Shown: positions 18,387 through 27,538 of the stretch, one piece after another | Layout: each line of letters opens with the position of its first letter | Position numbering within the stretch: position 1 is the stretch's first letter | Origin: Candidatus Heimdallarchaeota archaeon | Lineage (GTDB): Archaea > Asgardarchaeota > Heimdallarchaeia > Heimdallarchaeales > Heimdallarchaeaceae | NCBI GenBank assembly: GCA_030668825.1 | Contig: DAOVET010000018.1 | Location: 1-39,416, forward strand | DNA: 39,416 nucleotides | Reading direction: 5' to 3' | Position numbers and translations under genes: made by a program | The notes under the pieces: generated by a model | Told to the model about the DNA's origin: nothing | Databases searched by the model: none | What the model saw: the letters and a program-made list of their open reading frames with translations, nothing else

Positions 18387-20117
18387 TCATAGTAAAGAGA
18401 AATATTGTGTGAATTTCTTAATATATTTCATACCTTTGATTTTTAATTTACCAGTCAAGATTGCTTTTAATGGTTTAACCTTTCCTACACCCAATCCTAA
18501 GAAAGTAGATCTAGTGGTTATTAAGACACCATCGCATTCGTCTGAGAGTTTCTTTATCTCATCTTTGGTGTTATTAACTGGATAAAAAGAAAGTTTTCCT
18601 TCCTTAATTACTACTTTCACTGCATGAGGATCATCTTTGGCCACAAGTAAGAGAGAATAATCATCACTAGAGTAATTCTGTTTAAATTGATCATTTGTAC
18701 TTAAATCCTTTATCATAGAATAGATTATTCCTGCAAATCCTTTGTAAGGTTTCAAATCCTCATAAATTGGTAAAACCATCTCCATTGTTTTCCTGAAACG
18801 GATTATGACTTCGTCTATTATTTTCTCATCCATTGCAGTTGAAAGCATAAAACCGATAACACCTCTTGAAATCCCATATAAACCGTTAATTGGCATAGCA
18901 ATCCTAAGATATTTTGAAAGCTCAAAATAAGGTATAGTATTGAAAGAAATTTCTCTTTTATTCTGAGCAACAACATCTGGAAACTGGACATAAGTAATTG
19001 ATTGAACACCGCCAACATAGCAGTCTACTCCAAGTTCACCCATAATCTCACGAAGACCTTTTCTCAGTCTATCACCTAGTTTACCTAATCTTTCAACTTC
19101 CTTTTCATCATATAATTCTAAAGCTGTTTTACCTGCCGCCATAGTAAGTGCGTTCCCACTGAAGGTTCCAGAATGCATGACAAAATTCTTTTTTGTAGGA
19201 TTGAATTGTTCCATAATCTCTCTTTTACCTCCAAAAGCTCCTATCGGTAATCCTCCACCTATGGCTTTTCCAAGAGCTGTAAGATCAGGAGTTATACCAA
19301 CAACTTTTTGCATTCCACCAGTTGATATTCTGAAAGTGATTACTTCATCTAAAATCAACAGAATATTATACTTCTGTGTTAATTCCCTCAAACCTCTAAG
19401 ATAATCAGGACTAGCTAAAACACCTCCAGCATAACCCAAAACAGGTTCAATTATTAGAGCAGCTATTTTCTTATGATGTTTTTTCATGATTTTTTCTGCT
19501 GCTTTTAAATCATTAACTGGAACAACATAGATGTCATTCAAAACAGACTTTGGAATACCTTTTTCTACACCAGGTTTAGGCATTCCTTCATTCAATAGAG
19601 CTGAATCAAAGTTTACACTAACATAATCATGCGATCCATGATAACAGCCATCCATTAGTATGATTCCATCTTTACCAGTATAAACTCTAGCTGCTCTCAT
19701 TGCAAACATAGTTGCTTCAGTTCCAGAGTTACAGAATCGGATTTCTTCAATAGATGGAACACGTTCACATAGAATTTTAGCTAATTCATATTGACCTGAA
19801 GTTGGTGCATTATGAGCAGTTCCTAATTTTGCTTGTTTCTGTAAAGTTTCAGTTATCTTTGGGTGAGCATGACCATGAAGAAGGACAGTCATGTTGTTTT
19901 GGACATCAATGTATCTATTTCCATCAACATCTTCTAGGTATGTCCCTTCTCCTTTTGTAACATAAAATGGGTAGGGATAAAAGTAGGTAATATTTCTTGT
20001 TCCTCCCCCAGGCAACCATTTTCTCGACTCCTCAAATATTTCTTTAGATTTGGGAGTCATTTCTTCATATTGTTTAACGATATTAGCTTTAACTTCTTCT
20101 AAATCCCGAGAAACCAT
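18387..20117 (-). CDS. Class III aminotransferase (GSA-aminomutase-like) with C-terminal SCP2 lipid-binding domain
   Basis: G.YLEDVDGNRYID, RFCNSGTEA, GCYHG, DEVITFR, GKAIGGGLP.GA, SGTFSGN. Tail ITT..TFLGL..GK.KP.KAILTGKLKIKG is typical of SCP2. Confidence 0.85.
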   Translation of the reverse strand: MVSRDLEEVKANIVKQYEEMTPKSKEIFEESRKWLPGGGTRNITYFYPYPFYVTKGEGTYLEDVDGNRYIDVQNNMTVLLHGHAHPKITETLQKQAKLGTAHNAPTSGQYELAKILCERVPSIEEIRFCNSGTEATMFAMRAARVYTGKDGIILMDGCYHGSHDYVSVNFDSALLNEGMPKPGVEKGIPKSVLNDIYVVPVNDLKAAEKIMKKHHKKIAALIIEPVLGYAGGVLASPDYLRGLRELTQKYNILLILDEVITFRISTGGMQKVVGITPDLTALGKAIGGGLPIGAFGGKREIMEQFNPTKKNFVMHSGTFSGNALTMAAGKTALELYDEKEVERLGKLGDRLRKGLREIMGELGVDCYVGGVQSITYVQFPDVVAQNKREISFNTIPYFELSKYLRIAMPINGLYGISRGVIGFMLSTAMDEKIIDEVIIRFRKTMEMVLPIYEDLKPYKGFAGIIYSMIKDLSTNDQFKQNYSSDDYSLLLVAKDDPHAVKVVIKEGKLSFYPVNNTKDEIKKLSDECDGVLITTRSTFLGLGVGKVKPLKAILTGKLKIKGMKYIKKFTQYFSLL

Positions 20118-20257
20118 TAAAATTCATTCCAGAGTGCTTATCAATGAACAGAAATTAAAAAACTATATTATAAACTTTTATTCTTTTAATTACATAAGTA
20201 TCATTCAGCTATTTATGTATAGAAGAAAAAAAGTAAAAAAAGAGATTAAGAATACAC

Positions 20258-20743
20258 TTACTCTTCAGTTTCTGTCATTGTAGGTGCACCAGTTGGTTTC
20301 CACATCCAGATTTTTAGCAACCAGACTGTCACGATAATTCCTACAAGTGCTATACCAAATGCTAGAGCATAAGATTGACCAAAAGCAATCAACCATGCTT
20401 TTCCCCACCCTGGAGCAAAGTGCATAGCTAACCATGGAACTTTGATAAAAGATACAAGTATTGCAATTTCAATACATAGAAGTGCATCTACAATTAATCC
20501 GAATCCCCAGAATTTTCCACTAGTAAGTAGTTTTTTCATGGGTTGTGTTCTCATCGCTAGCCCGAAATCATATTTCATTACTTTTTCAGCAAAAGGGCCT
20601 ATACCTGGTAGAAGTGGCACATTTTTAATCTTAATACCATTGAAACCAAAGTGAGCTGCAAAGAAAGCTACTGATCCAGCTGCTAAGAGATTTAATGCAA
20701 AGTGTTTTGCTAGATCTGCAGGGCCATATACAATTAATGCCAT
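20258..20743 (-). pseudogene. 3' part of a multi-TM membrane protein gene (DUF2798-like) interrupted by the TnpB element
   Basis: Hydrophobic, KAWLIAFGQSYALAF motif; joins in frame with 22173-22307 at a duplicated ATG. Confidence 0.75.
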
Positions 20744-20773
20744 GATGTGGTTTTGTCATCTTGTCATGTTAAC

Positions 20774-20795
20774 AAGAAAGTTTAACATCTTTCTT
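20774..20795 (-). repeat. Hairpin in the right end of the TnpB element (possible omegaRNA scaffold or transposase site)
   Basis: AAGAAAG-ATGTTAAA-CTTTCTT 7-bp stem between the tnpB stop and the element end. Confidence 0.55.
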
Positions 20796-20803
20796 AGAGG
20801 TCA

Positions 20804-22063
20804 TCATATAGAGTTATGCAACTGTTCTATACTCACTCTGAGTGGATACATCACGTATCCTCCTACCCCGTTCGCTGTGCGTTTAGGCACGGCTTTCGGA
20901 TCGCTTTTGATTAAAATATTGTATGCTGCATTTACATCAGCATTGATTAAATATCCTTGAGCTGAACGAAATAACCCTCGGCTCACTCTCTTACCTGCAT
21001 ACTTTGGTCGGGATTGAGGAAACTCGTTATCAAGGAAACTACACTTAGAGGTGTACTCTTCAGGGATGAGCTCAACATTTATCCCCCGTTCTGCAGCCTT
21101 GTACTTGAGCATGTTAATGATACGCATAAAGGGAATGGTCACAAACATCTGGGTGACCTTTTTCCAGAAGTGCACTCCTTGTTTCCACTTCTGATTGTAC
21201 CCAATAACCACTTCATGAATATCGCGTTCCACCCACAATTCTACTAGATAATGGGTGAGTTGGTGGATAGCGTCTTTGAGTTTCTTCCTCCACTTCTCTC
21301 GAAGCAGGTAAAATGATGTTCCATACTGCAATTTATTCTTTGTTTCCAGCTGCTGACGTTGTTGTTGGACATATTGTTCTCTTAGTTTGGTCTGATTTTT
21401 TAGATAATATTGTGTAATTGATTTTATTCCTTTCCCGTGATCCTTGATAACAATCGGTTGATTCCCGAGGTTATCCACAAAGGTCACAAGGTTGGTCATC
21501 CCTAAATCGATAGCTCCTTTTCTCCTTGAATTTTTCTTATTCTTAGGTAAGTTTTTCAGATAAACCAATTCTATCGTATAGCCTACTCTTCTGGGAATGA
21601 TTCTAACTTCTCTCAATTTGGTTAGTGCTGCTAATCTTGTCTTGTAATAGAATCCTACTTTCCTGGGTAACACTAACCATCCATTCTTAATCCTTGCTTG
21701 CTGATTGGTGAATATTGCCACTACCTCTCCATCTTTAGGTTTGTAATTAGGAGGATGAGGTATAGCAAAAAATGCTGTAGGATTAATTTTCCACTCCTTT
21801 ATTGCTTGAAAATAAGCCTTCCAGTTTCTAGATATGAGTTTAAGGGTGTGTTGAGCTGTATGAGCTGGTAGCACTTTATAACACTCTTCTTCTTTAAGGA
21901 GGGTATTGAGGTCATAATAATACAGGAGCTTGTTCTGCTTATTAAGCGAGGTTTTGATGAGGAAGTTTGCTCGATTATAGAGATTCTTTACTTGATGACA
22001 AAGCTTGCTCAACGCTGGATGATAGGACACTTCTATACATTCCACTCGCAGTACTTGTGTCAT
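20804..22063 (-). CDS. tnpB: TnpB RNA-guided endonuclease
   Basis: KNLYN.AN, AIDLG (RuvC-I), VVIGYNQKWKQ, EEYTSK, R..RGLF, INADVNAAYNI (RuvC-III). Own TATA (TTTTATA) about 25 nt upstream. Confidence 0.95.
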   Translation of the reverse strand: MTQVLRVECIEVSYHPALSKLCHQVKNLYNRANFLIKTSLNKQNKLLYYYDLNTLLKEEECYKVLPAHTAQHTLKLISRNWKAYFQAIKEWKINPTAFFAIPHPPNYKPKDGEVVAIFTNQQARIKNGWLVLPRKVGFYYKTRLAALTKLREVRIIPRRVGYTIELVYLKNLPKNKKNSRRKGAIDLGMTNLVTFVDNLGNQPIVIKDHGKGIKSITQYYLKNQTKLREQYVQQQRQQLETKNKLQYGTSFYLLREKWRKKLKDAIHQLTHYLVELWVERDIHEVVIGYNQKWKQGVHFWKKVTQMFVTIPFMRIINMLKYKAAERGINVELIPEEYTSKCSFLDNEFPQSRPKYAGKRVSRGLFRSAQGYLINADVNAAYNILIKSDPKAVPKRTANGVGGYVMYPLRVSIEQLHNSI

Positions 22064-22172
22064 CAGTAGTTCAGTTGTATTTTCCTATAAAAGCTCCAGT
22101 AATATCTGGTCTAACGCATACGTTCAAGGTGATTCGTTGTTCATTTAACATGACTACATGACAAATATCTTT

Positions 22173-22307
22173 CATAACTAGTGACATTGGGACAGCTATT
22201 AGGATAGTCATGAGTATACTAATCCACCAGCTTCTGTATTTGGGATTGAGTCGAAAACCGATAAATGGACTCCGAGGGAGTCTAAATCTTGCTTGAGAGA
22301 CTGTCAT
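22173..22307 (-). pseudogene. 5' part of the interrupted membrane protein gene
   Basis: MTVSQ...ISILMTILIAVPMSLVM; after Met45 the frame runs into element sequence and stops at 22071. Confidence 0.75.
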
Positions 22308-22407
22308 ATTTTCACCAATTTAGTTAGTTTAGTTAAATCAAAACAGAAAAGCAAAATCTTCCCAAAGAGGTTAATTCTAACTTTTTAAGCCATGTCTTGA
22401 TTTGCTC

Positions 22408-22420
22408 AGCGTTTAACGCT
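22408..22420. promoter_or_regulatory. Palindromic operator candidate upstream of the interrupted gene
   Basis: AGCGTT-T-AACGCT about 22 nt downstream of a minus-strand TATTTATA box (22442-22449), flanked by an outer TTTGCT/AGCAAA repeat. Confidence 0.4.
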
Positions 22421-22542
22421 AAACACAATTTAGCAAATTCGTATAAATACTTAGTAAAAATGTCTTACTAAGAAAATGAAGAAAAAGCTTAATCTCTTAG
22501 ATAGTCTTTTGTTTCCTCTTCTGATTTTCATTCTTCATTTAT

Positions 22543-23535
22543 TTAGCATTTCTTCTTTTTTCTCACATAATATGCTGTACCAATTGTAGTTAATCCTACC
22601 AATACCAATAATGATTCGATATTTAGAGTAATAGTATTTTTATTGGGAGAATGGAATTCGTAGGGTACGAATGAACCGTCTATCGAATCATCAGAGTAGT
22701 TGAACTGCAGTATAAGTCCTGTTTCACTGTGATAGTAGATATCATGCTCAAACATGCCAATTCCACCTGACATCGGATCATTGTTATAGTAAGCTATTGT
22801 ATGAGGGAAATAGCTATGTTTAACCGAATAGATCTTTGAATCTATCTCCACAGTTGTCTCATCAAGTATAGTCCCATTGTACCAACCATAGTCTACAATT
22901 TGTCCGACTTGTGTTTGAGGAGATATTGCAAGCATTGTTCTTTCAGGGAATTCCCTCTTATTTAACCAAATACTGGATATCAAAGCAACAAACATACAGA
23001 AATCATAATTATCTTCAGGTTTAATGAGATTAAAATCCAGTTCAGACCATAGAATAGATGTTCCATTATCAAAAGATATGACTAAATTTTCTAGAGAATT
23101 CATTTCAGTAAAGGTTGTGTAATCCAGCATTGATGCATAATAATGAACAGATCCATTAATATAGTCATATTCAGCAACAGGTATTACAATTTCTCTTGTG
23201 TTTTTCCAAACTAAGTAAGATTCAGTCCATTGAGTATCAGCATTATAAACATCTGTATCATTTGTAGAAATTACATCATAAAAAATACTAATCTGAATAA
23301 GATCTTCTGATACATCAGAAAGACTAAATTCATTCTCAATTTTGAATGTAACATCCAGAATCATTTCAAAATCTGGATAGTCATCTGCCATATTAACAAA
23401 TAATCTATAGTTTCCCTTAACATATTGACCGATATCTACTTCAAGAGTATTAGGAGCAATGGATATTGAAGAAGCATCCAGATTGGAGAATAAAAACATA
23501 CTAAAAAGGAAGAACACTATAATTTTTCGTTTCAT
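22543..23535 (-). CDS. Secreted/surface hypothetical protein with C-terminal TM anchor
   Basis: Signal peptide, acidic body, Y.SETGLIL motif, C-terminal TM plus RKKKK. Confidence 0.8.
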   Translation of the reverse strand: MKRKIIVFFLFSMFLFSNLDASSISIAPNTLEVDIGQYVKGNYRLFVNMADDYPDFEMILDVTFKIENEFSLSDVSEDLIQISIFYDVISTNDTDVYNADTQWTESYLVWKNTREIVIPVAEYDYINGSVHYYASMLDYTTFTEMNSLENLVISFDNGTSILWSELDFNLIKPEDNYDFCMFVALISSIWLNKREFPERTMLAISPQTQVGQIVDYGWYNGTILDETTVEIDSKIYSVKHSYFPHTIAYYNNDPMSGGIGMFEHDIYYHSETGLILQFNYSDDSIDGSFVPYEFHSPNKNTITLNIESLLVLVGLTTIGTAYYVRKKKKC

Positions 23536-23715
23536 ATTATCACTTATCTTTAATATAACTATATGATTTATTAAATATAAGATTTTTATTCTAGAAAATT
23601 CGAAGTAATCAAATTAGATTAATTTAGAAAATTAGTAAAACTTGCGGAATCAAAGAATTTTCAGTAGAAATTCATTAAAGAAAAAAAGAGGAAAGTGTGA
23701 AACTAGATAGAGAGT

Positions 23716-24672
23716 TTATTTGTAGGGAATACCTAATTTCTCACTAACTCCATCGAGCATTGCTACGACCATTTTATCAAATGGAAATTCTGGATTCCAA
23801 TCCCATTCTTCTCTAGCTGCAGAATCATCCAAGCTTTGTGGCCATGATCGAGCGATGGCGTCTCTGAAATCAGGTTTGTAAGTCATTTCAAATTCAGGAA
23901 TGTATTCCTTTATAGCATTAGCTAATTCCTCAGGTGTAAAACTCATTCCAGTAACATTGAAAGAACGATGTTTGAGCCTTTCATCTGGTGCTTCTATTAG
24001 ATCAAAGGTTGACTTGAGACAATCACTCATCATCATCATCGGCAGCCTGACATCTTTCGACAGAAAACATTCGTATTTCTTGTTTTTAATGGCCTCGAAA
24101 AACGACCAAATTGAATAATCTGTAGTTCCACCTCCAGGTTCACTTGGTGAAAGTACTCCTGGATATCGTAAGCTTCTGAAATTTAGACCATACTTCTTAT
24201 TGTAATATTCTCCCATTAGCTCAACATATACTTTTGAAATTCCATAGATAGTTGTTGGCTGCATGATAGTATCATTTGGAGTATTTACCAGAGGAGTTGT
24301 AGGTCCAAAAGCAGCTATTGATGATGGTGCAAACAGCTGTTCTAGATTTAATTCGCGTGTTGCTTCAAGCACATTATAAAATCCTTCAAAGTTTATTTCA
24401 TGTGCTAGTTGGGGATTTTTCTCACCAGTTGCAGATAGAACTGAAGCGTTGTGTAAAATAATATCAATATCATACTCAACCAATAGGTTTCTTAGACCAT
24501 AGTGATCTCTCACATCAAGCCTATGATAGATTACATCTAATTCTTTGAATGTAGGGTTAATTTTCTTTCTTCCTGTAGCAACAACGTTTTCCTTTCCATA
24601 ACGTTCTAGCATAGCTGGAATAAGATCCATCCCTATTTGCCCGTATGAACCTGTTACAAAATATTTTTTCAT
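23716..24672 (-). CDS. L-threonine 3-dehydrogenase (extended SDR type)
   Basis: GSYGQIG, LSATGE.NP.LA, PSSIAAFG, P.TIYGISK, RYPG, PGGGTTDY, IA.SWP.SLDD. Confidence 0.9.
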   Translation of the reverse strand: MKKYFVTGSYGQIGMDLIPAMLERYGKENVVATGRKKINPTFKELDVIYHRLDVRDHYGLRNLLVEYDIDIILHNASVLSATGEKNPQLAHEINFEGFYNVLEATRELNLEQLFAPSSIAAFGPTTPLVNTPNDTIMQPTTIYGISKVYVELMGEYYNKKYGLNFRSLRYPGVLSPSEPGGGTTDYSIWSFFEAIKNKKYECFLSKDVRLPMMMMSDCLKSTFDLIEAPDERLKHRSFNVTGMSFTPEELANAIKEYIPEFEMTYKPDFRDAIARSWPQSLDDSAAREEWDWNPEFPFDKMVVAMLDGVSEKLGIPYK

Positions 24673-24784
24673 TTTAGTTCACCGTATAAGATAAAAACAA
24701 ACGAAAAATGAATTTTAAAAATCTATTGCAATGGTATTAGAATTTAAATAAAAGGAAATTAAAAAAAGAAAAAAAGAGAAGAGA

Positions 24785-27538
24785 TTAGTGAGTTAGTTTT
24801 CTTTTCCTTCTAAGTGCTAGATAGACAGCTGCAGAAAGAGCTCCTAGAATAGGTATCAGAGTTATAGCACTGAATTCAGGAATAACGACTCCTTCCTCAA
24901 TCTTCCACCAACAATCCAATGTTTGAACAACTCCAGTGACGACATCAGTAACTATGAAGTAAACATCATACCAACCTTCGTTCACAAATACCCAATTGAC
25001 ATCGAAACTATACGTTGTCATCGACAGTACCAATTTCGTTTCATTATGGGCTATCCAAGAGTCACTTCCTTGAACTATTTTTACTACAAGATTAAGATCT
25101 TTGTCTATTGAATAGAGATTACCTACACCAAATTGCATAATGTAGTTTACTCCTGTTTCTCCATAATATCCTTGTTCAATCCATATATCTAACCAGCCAT
25201 CTTCATGGATATACCAACGACATTCAGCTATCCAAACATTTCCTGTTTGTAATTCAATTACTACAAAGTAGATATGGAATATTCCTGGATTCATGAATTT
25301 GTAATTCAGATTCAGCCAAAGTAATTGATAAGCTAGTAAAACCAAGTTGTTTGAATATAGTATAACAATTCCGTAACCCGTATCTATTCTTATTTCTACG
25401 TAAATGGGTACATCATAACTATAGTAACTCTGTGCATAGAATTCCATCCACACTTCCTGTCCTACAACTGCTTCATAGTCCTGAATTATCCAGACATCAA
25501 TGAATCCTTCATAGATAGTCCATCGACAGTATTCAAACCATTCAGCACCTGTTACATTATCTATTACAATCAAGGTTACAGTGTAAAATCCTGCGTATAA
25601 GAATGTATAAGGTAATGTGAATGTGTAGATACCATTAGCTGGAATTACCACCGTAGTATTAGTATAAACCATTATAGAATCCGTACCATCACTTATCCAT
25701 ACCTCAACGGTCAAATCCATAACAGTTGAGTAGTAGTTTACTATCCAAAATTCTATAAGGACTTCTTCGCCAACTGAAGCTTCCAGATCTTGGACAATCC
25801 AGATGTCAAGATATTCTGCATAGATCCACCACCAACAATATTCTATCCACACTAGTCCCGTATCAAGTTCCGTTACAACTAGTATCACGTCATAGTAGCC
25901 TACGACTTCAAATATGTACCATAGTTCAAAGAAATAGAATCCAAGTGCATCTATCAGTACAATTTCATAGTATAATTGAACATAATTTACTCCATCGAAA
26001 ATGAGTATTTCAACACCTACAGTCTTCTCTACTGCAAAGAAATTATAGATTTCAAACATCATCCAGAGTTCTTGATATAGTAATCCATAGTATTCTTGGT
26101 AAATATAGAGTTCAAAATATCCCCAATAGACGTACCAATAGCAATAATCTACATATAGTATACCTGAGAATAAATCGATAACAACTATTTTTACATCCCA
26201 ATAATCAGCATAAAGGAACACCCAAAATACCGTAAAGTTATACACTTCTCCAGGAGCTATATCCGTAGTCTCTCCATATATCAGGATGCTATGCGTTGCA
26301 TTACTTATCCACACTTCAATAGCTATATCTCGATCAACTGCATAGTTACTCATAACCCAGCAATACATAATTGCCTCTTCAGAAACGAAAACTTCGTATT
26401 GTTGGTAAATCCAGACATCTATGAAACCACCATAGATAATCCATCCTTCTAGGCAATATTCTCTCCATGTAAAACCTGTTTCATAAACAAACACTTCAAC
26501 ATAGAGTTCCCAGAATCCTTCATAGATGAATGTATAAAAGATGTCGTCAAAAAAATACGTCCCAGCATTTATTGTAACAATAACGTTGAAATATATATCG
26601 AAAGTATGTGTTCCGTTCGTAATCCAAACAGAGACGTCAGCCTCAATATCGAAAGCATAGTAATTGTAAACCCAAATCTGTATTCTTTCTTCAACAAATA
26701 GCCAAGCTTCATAGTTTTGCTCAATTATAATATCAATGAAACCATCATAGACTTCCCAGTAGCAATAAGCATACCATTCTATGTCTTCTACAATATCCGT
26801 AACTATTACAATCACATCATGGGGTCCTGCTACTACAAAGATCCAATAGACTACAATTATCAGTACATCATAAGCATTTACCCACGTGGTTTCTTCATAT
26901 ATTTTTACTGGACCTGTACCATCATCAATTAATACTTCAATATACAATTCTTTAGCAATGGCATACCCATTGTAGATGTATATCTCTATTTTAATTTCTA
27001 TTCCAACTTGAGCTTCGTAGTCTTGATAAATATATATTTCTAAATACCCATCAATAACTTCCCATTGGCACTCTGTTGTAACTTCTTGTCCATGTGTTAA
27101 ATCCATTACTTTGAGATTAGCTAAATGGAAACCTACTAACGTGAAAACATGAGTAACAGTAAACACATATTCTAGGTAAGGATAGAGTACTCTCATTTCC
27201 TCATAGATAAGAAAAACACTACCATTATCATATTGAATCCATAGTTCTATAACTACGTCAATTTCAATGCCATAAAGACTCAGCACATGACACTCTATCA
27301 CGGCTAAGTCATACACCGTTATCACAAAATCTTGAACAATCCATATTTCGATTGTATCTTCCGAGTCTTTCAATCCCACTTCATTTTGTGCCGGTTCAGA
27401 TACTACTTGTTGCACTTCTTGATTAGAGGGATTTTGATTGTAATTTAGAGCTTGTGCAGCTTGATTAGATCCCACAATCATCGAAAATGTCAAAAGTAGA
27501 ATAATGAATGTTGTTTTCATTAATTTTCGTCTGTTCAT
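24785..27538 (-). CDS. Surface protein with eight ~102-aa Ig-like repeats and a PEF-CTERM sorting signal
   Basis: Signal peptide; 8 repeats with consensus I.(I/V).I.Q.Y...EV.I..G...(I/L)Y...F...G.Y.V...V.D..TG..W...C.W.I; C-terminal IPEF plus TM plus RRKRK. Start placed at ATG 27538. Confidence 0.88.
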   Translation of the reverse strand: MNRRKLMKTTFIILLLTFSMIVGSNQAAQALNYNQNPSNQEVQQVVSEPAQNEVGLKDSEDTIEIWIVQDFVITVYDLAVIECHVLSLYGIEIDVVIELWIQYDNGSVFLIYEEMRVLYPYLEYVFTVTHVFTLVGFHLANLKVMDLTHGQEVTTECQWEVIDGYLEIYIYQDYEAQVGIEIKIEIYIYNGYAIAKELYIEVLIDDGTGPVKIYEETTWVNAYDVLIIVVYWIFVVAGPHDVIVIVTDIVEDIEWYAYCYWEVYDGFIDIIIEQNYEAWLFVEERIQIWVYNYYAFDIEADVSVWITNGTHTFDIYFNVIVTINAGTYFFDDIFYTFIYEGFWELYVEVFVYETGFTWREYCLEGWIIYGGFIDVWIYQQYEVFVSEEAIMYCWVMSNYAVDRDIAIEVWISNATHSILIYGETTDIAPGEVYNFTVFWVFLYADYWDVKIVVIDLFSGILYVDYCYWYVYWGYFELYIYQEYYGLLYQELWMMFEIYNFFAVEKTVGVEILIFDGVNYVQLYYEIVLIDALGFYFFELWYIFEVVGYYDVILVVTELDTGLVWIEYCWWWIYAEYLDIWIVQDLEASVGEEVLIEFWIVNYYSTVMDLTVEVWISDGTDSIMVYTNTTVVIPANGIYTFTLPYTFLYAGFYTVTLIVIDNVTGAEWFEYCRWTIYEGFIDVWIIQDYEAVVGQEVWMEFYAQSYYSYDVPIYVEIRIDTGYGIVILYSNNLVLLAYQLLWLNLNYKFMNPGIFHIYFVVIELQTGNVWIAECRWYIHEDGWLDIWIEQGYYGETGVNYIMQFGVGNLYSIDKDLNLVVKIVQGSDSWIAHNETKLVLSMTTYSFDVNWVFVNEGWYDVYFIVTDVVTGVVQTLDCWWKIEEGVVIPEFSAITLIPILGALSAAVYLALRRKRKLTH
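24893..27360 (-). repeat. Eight tandem protein-level repeats (diverged at DNA level)
   Basis: Manual alignment: Q in IVQD/IYQD/IEQN/IYQQ/IYQE/IVQD/IIQD/IEQG; C in ECQW/YCYW/YCLEGW/YCYW/YCWW/YCRW/ECRW/DCWW. Confidence 0.9.

Larger units (their letters stand above)
20744..22172 (-). mobile_element. Non-autonomous TnpB-only insertion element (IS607/IS200-IS605 superfamily) with subterminal inverted repeats
   Basis: Ends read ATGA-N6-TTTGTCAT(G/C)T(A/T)GTCATGTTAA on opposite strands (21-bp core, 2 mismatches). ATG is present at both junctions, no tnpA is present, and GC is visibly higher than in the flanks. Confidence 0.88.

Noticed and set aside
18387-20117. Calling this gene hemL
   Set aside because: No tetrapyrrole gene context and an extra SCP2-like domain; only family-level similarity.
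20752-22165. Element boundaries exactly at the TTTGT...ACAAA inverted repeat (DDE-type TIR)
   Set aside because: No target-site duplication there. Excision is in frame but puts KDNHI in the middle of a TM helix; the ATG junction gives a cleaner protein.
20741-22175. TnpB element as a self-splicing IStron or bulge-helix-bulge intron (its inverted ends could pair in the mRNA)
   Set aside because: Only ~110 nt precede tnpB, too short for a group I intron core, and the bases outside the terminal stem (AAAG vs ACCA) cannot form the 4-bp BHB helix.
22071-22307. 78-aa ORF as an independent gene or tnpA remnant
   Set aside because: It is the host gene's 5' end reading into the element; no recognisable HUH or serine-recombinase motif.
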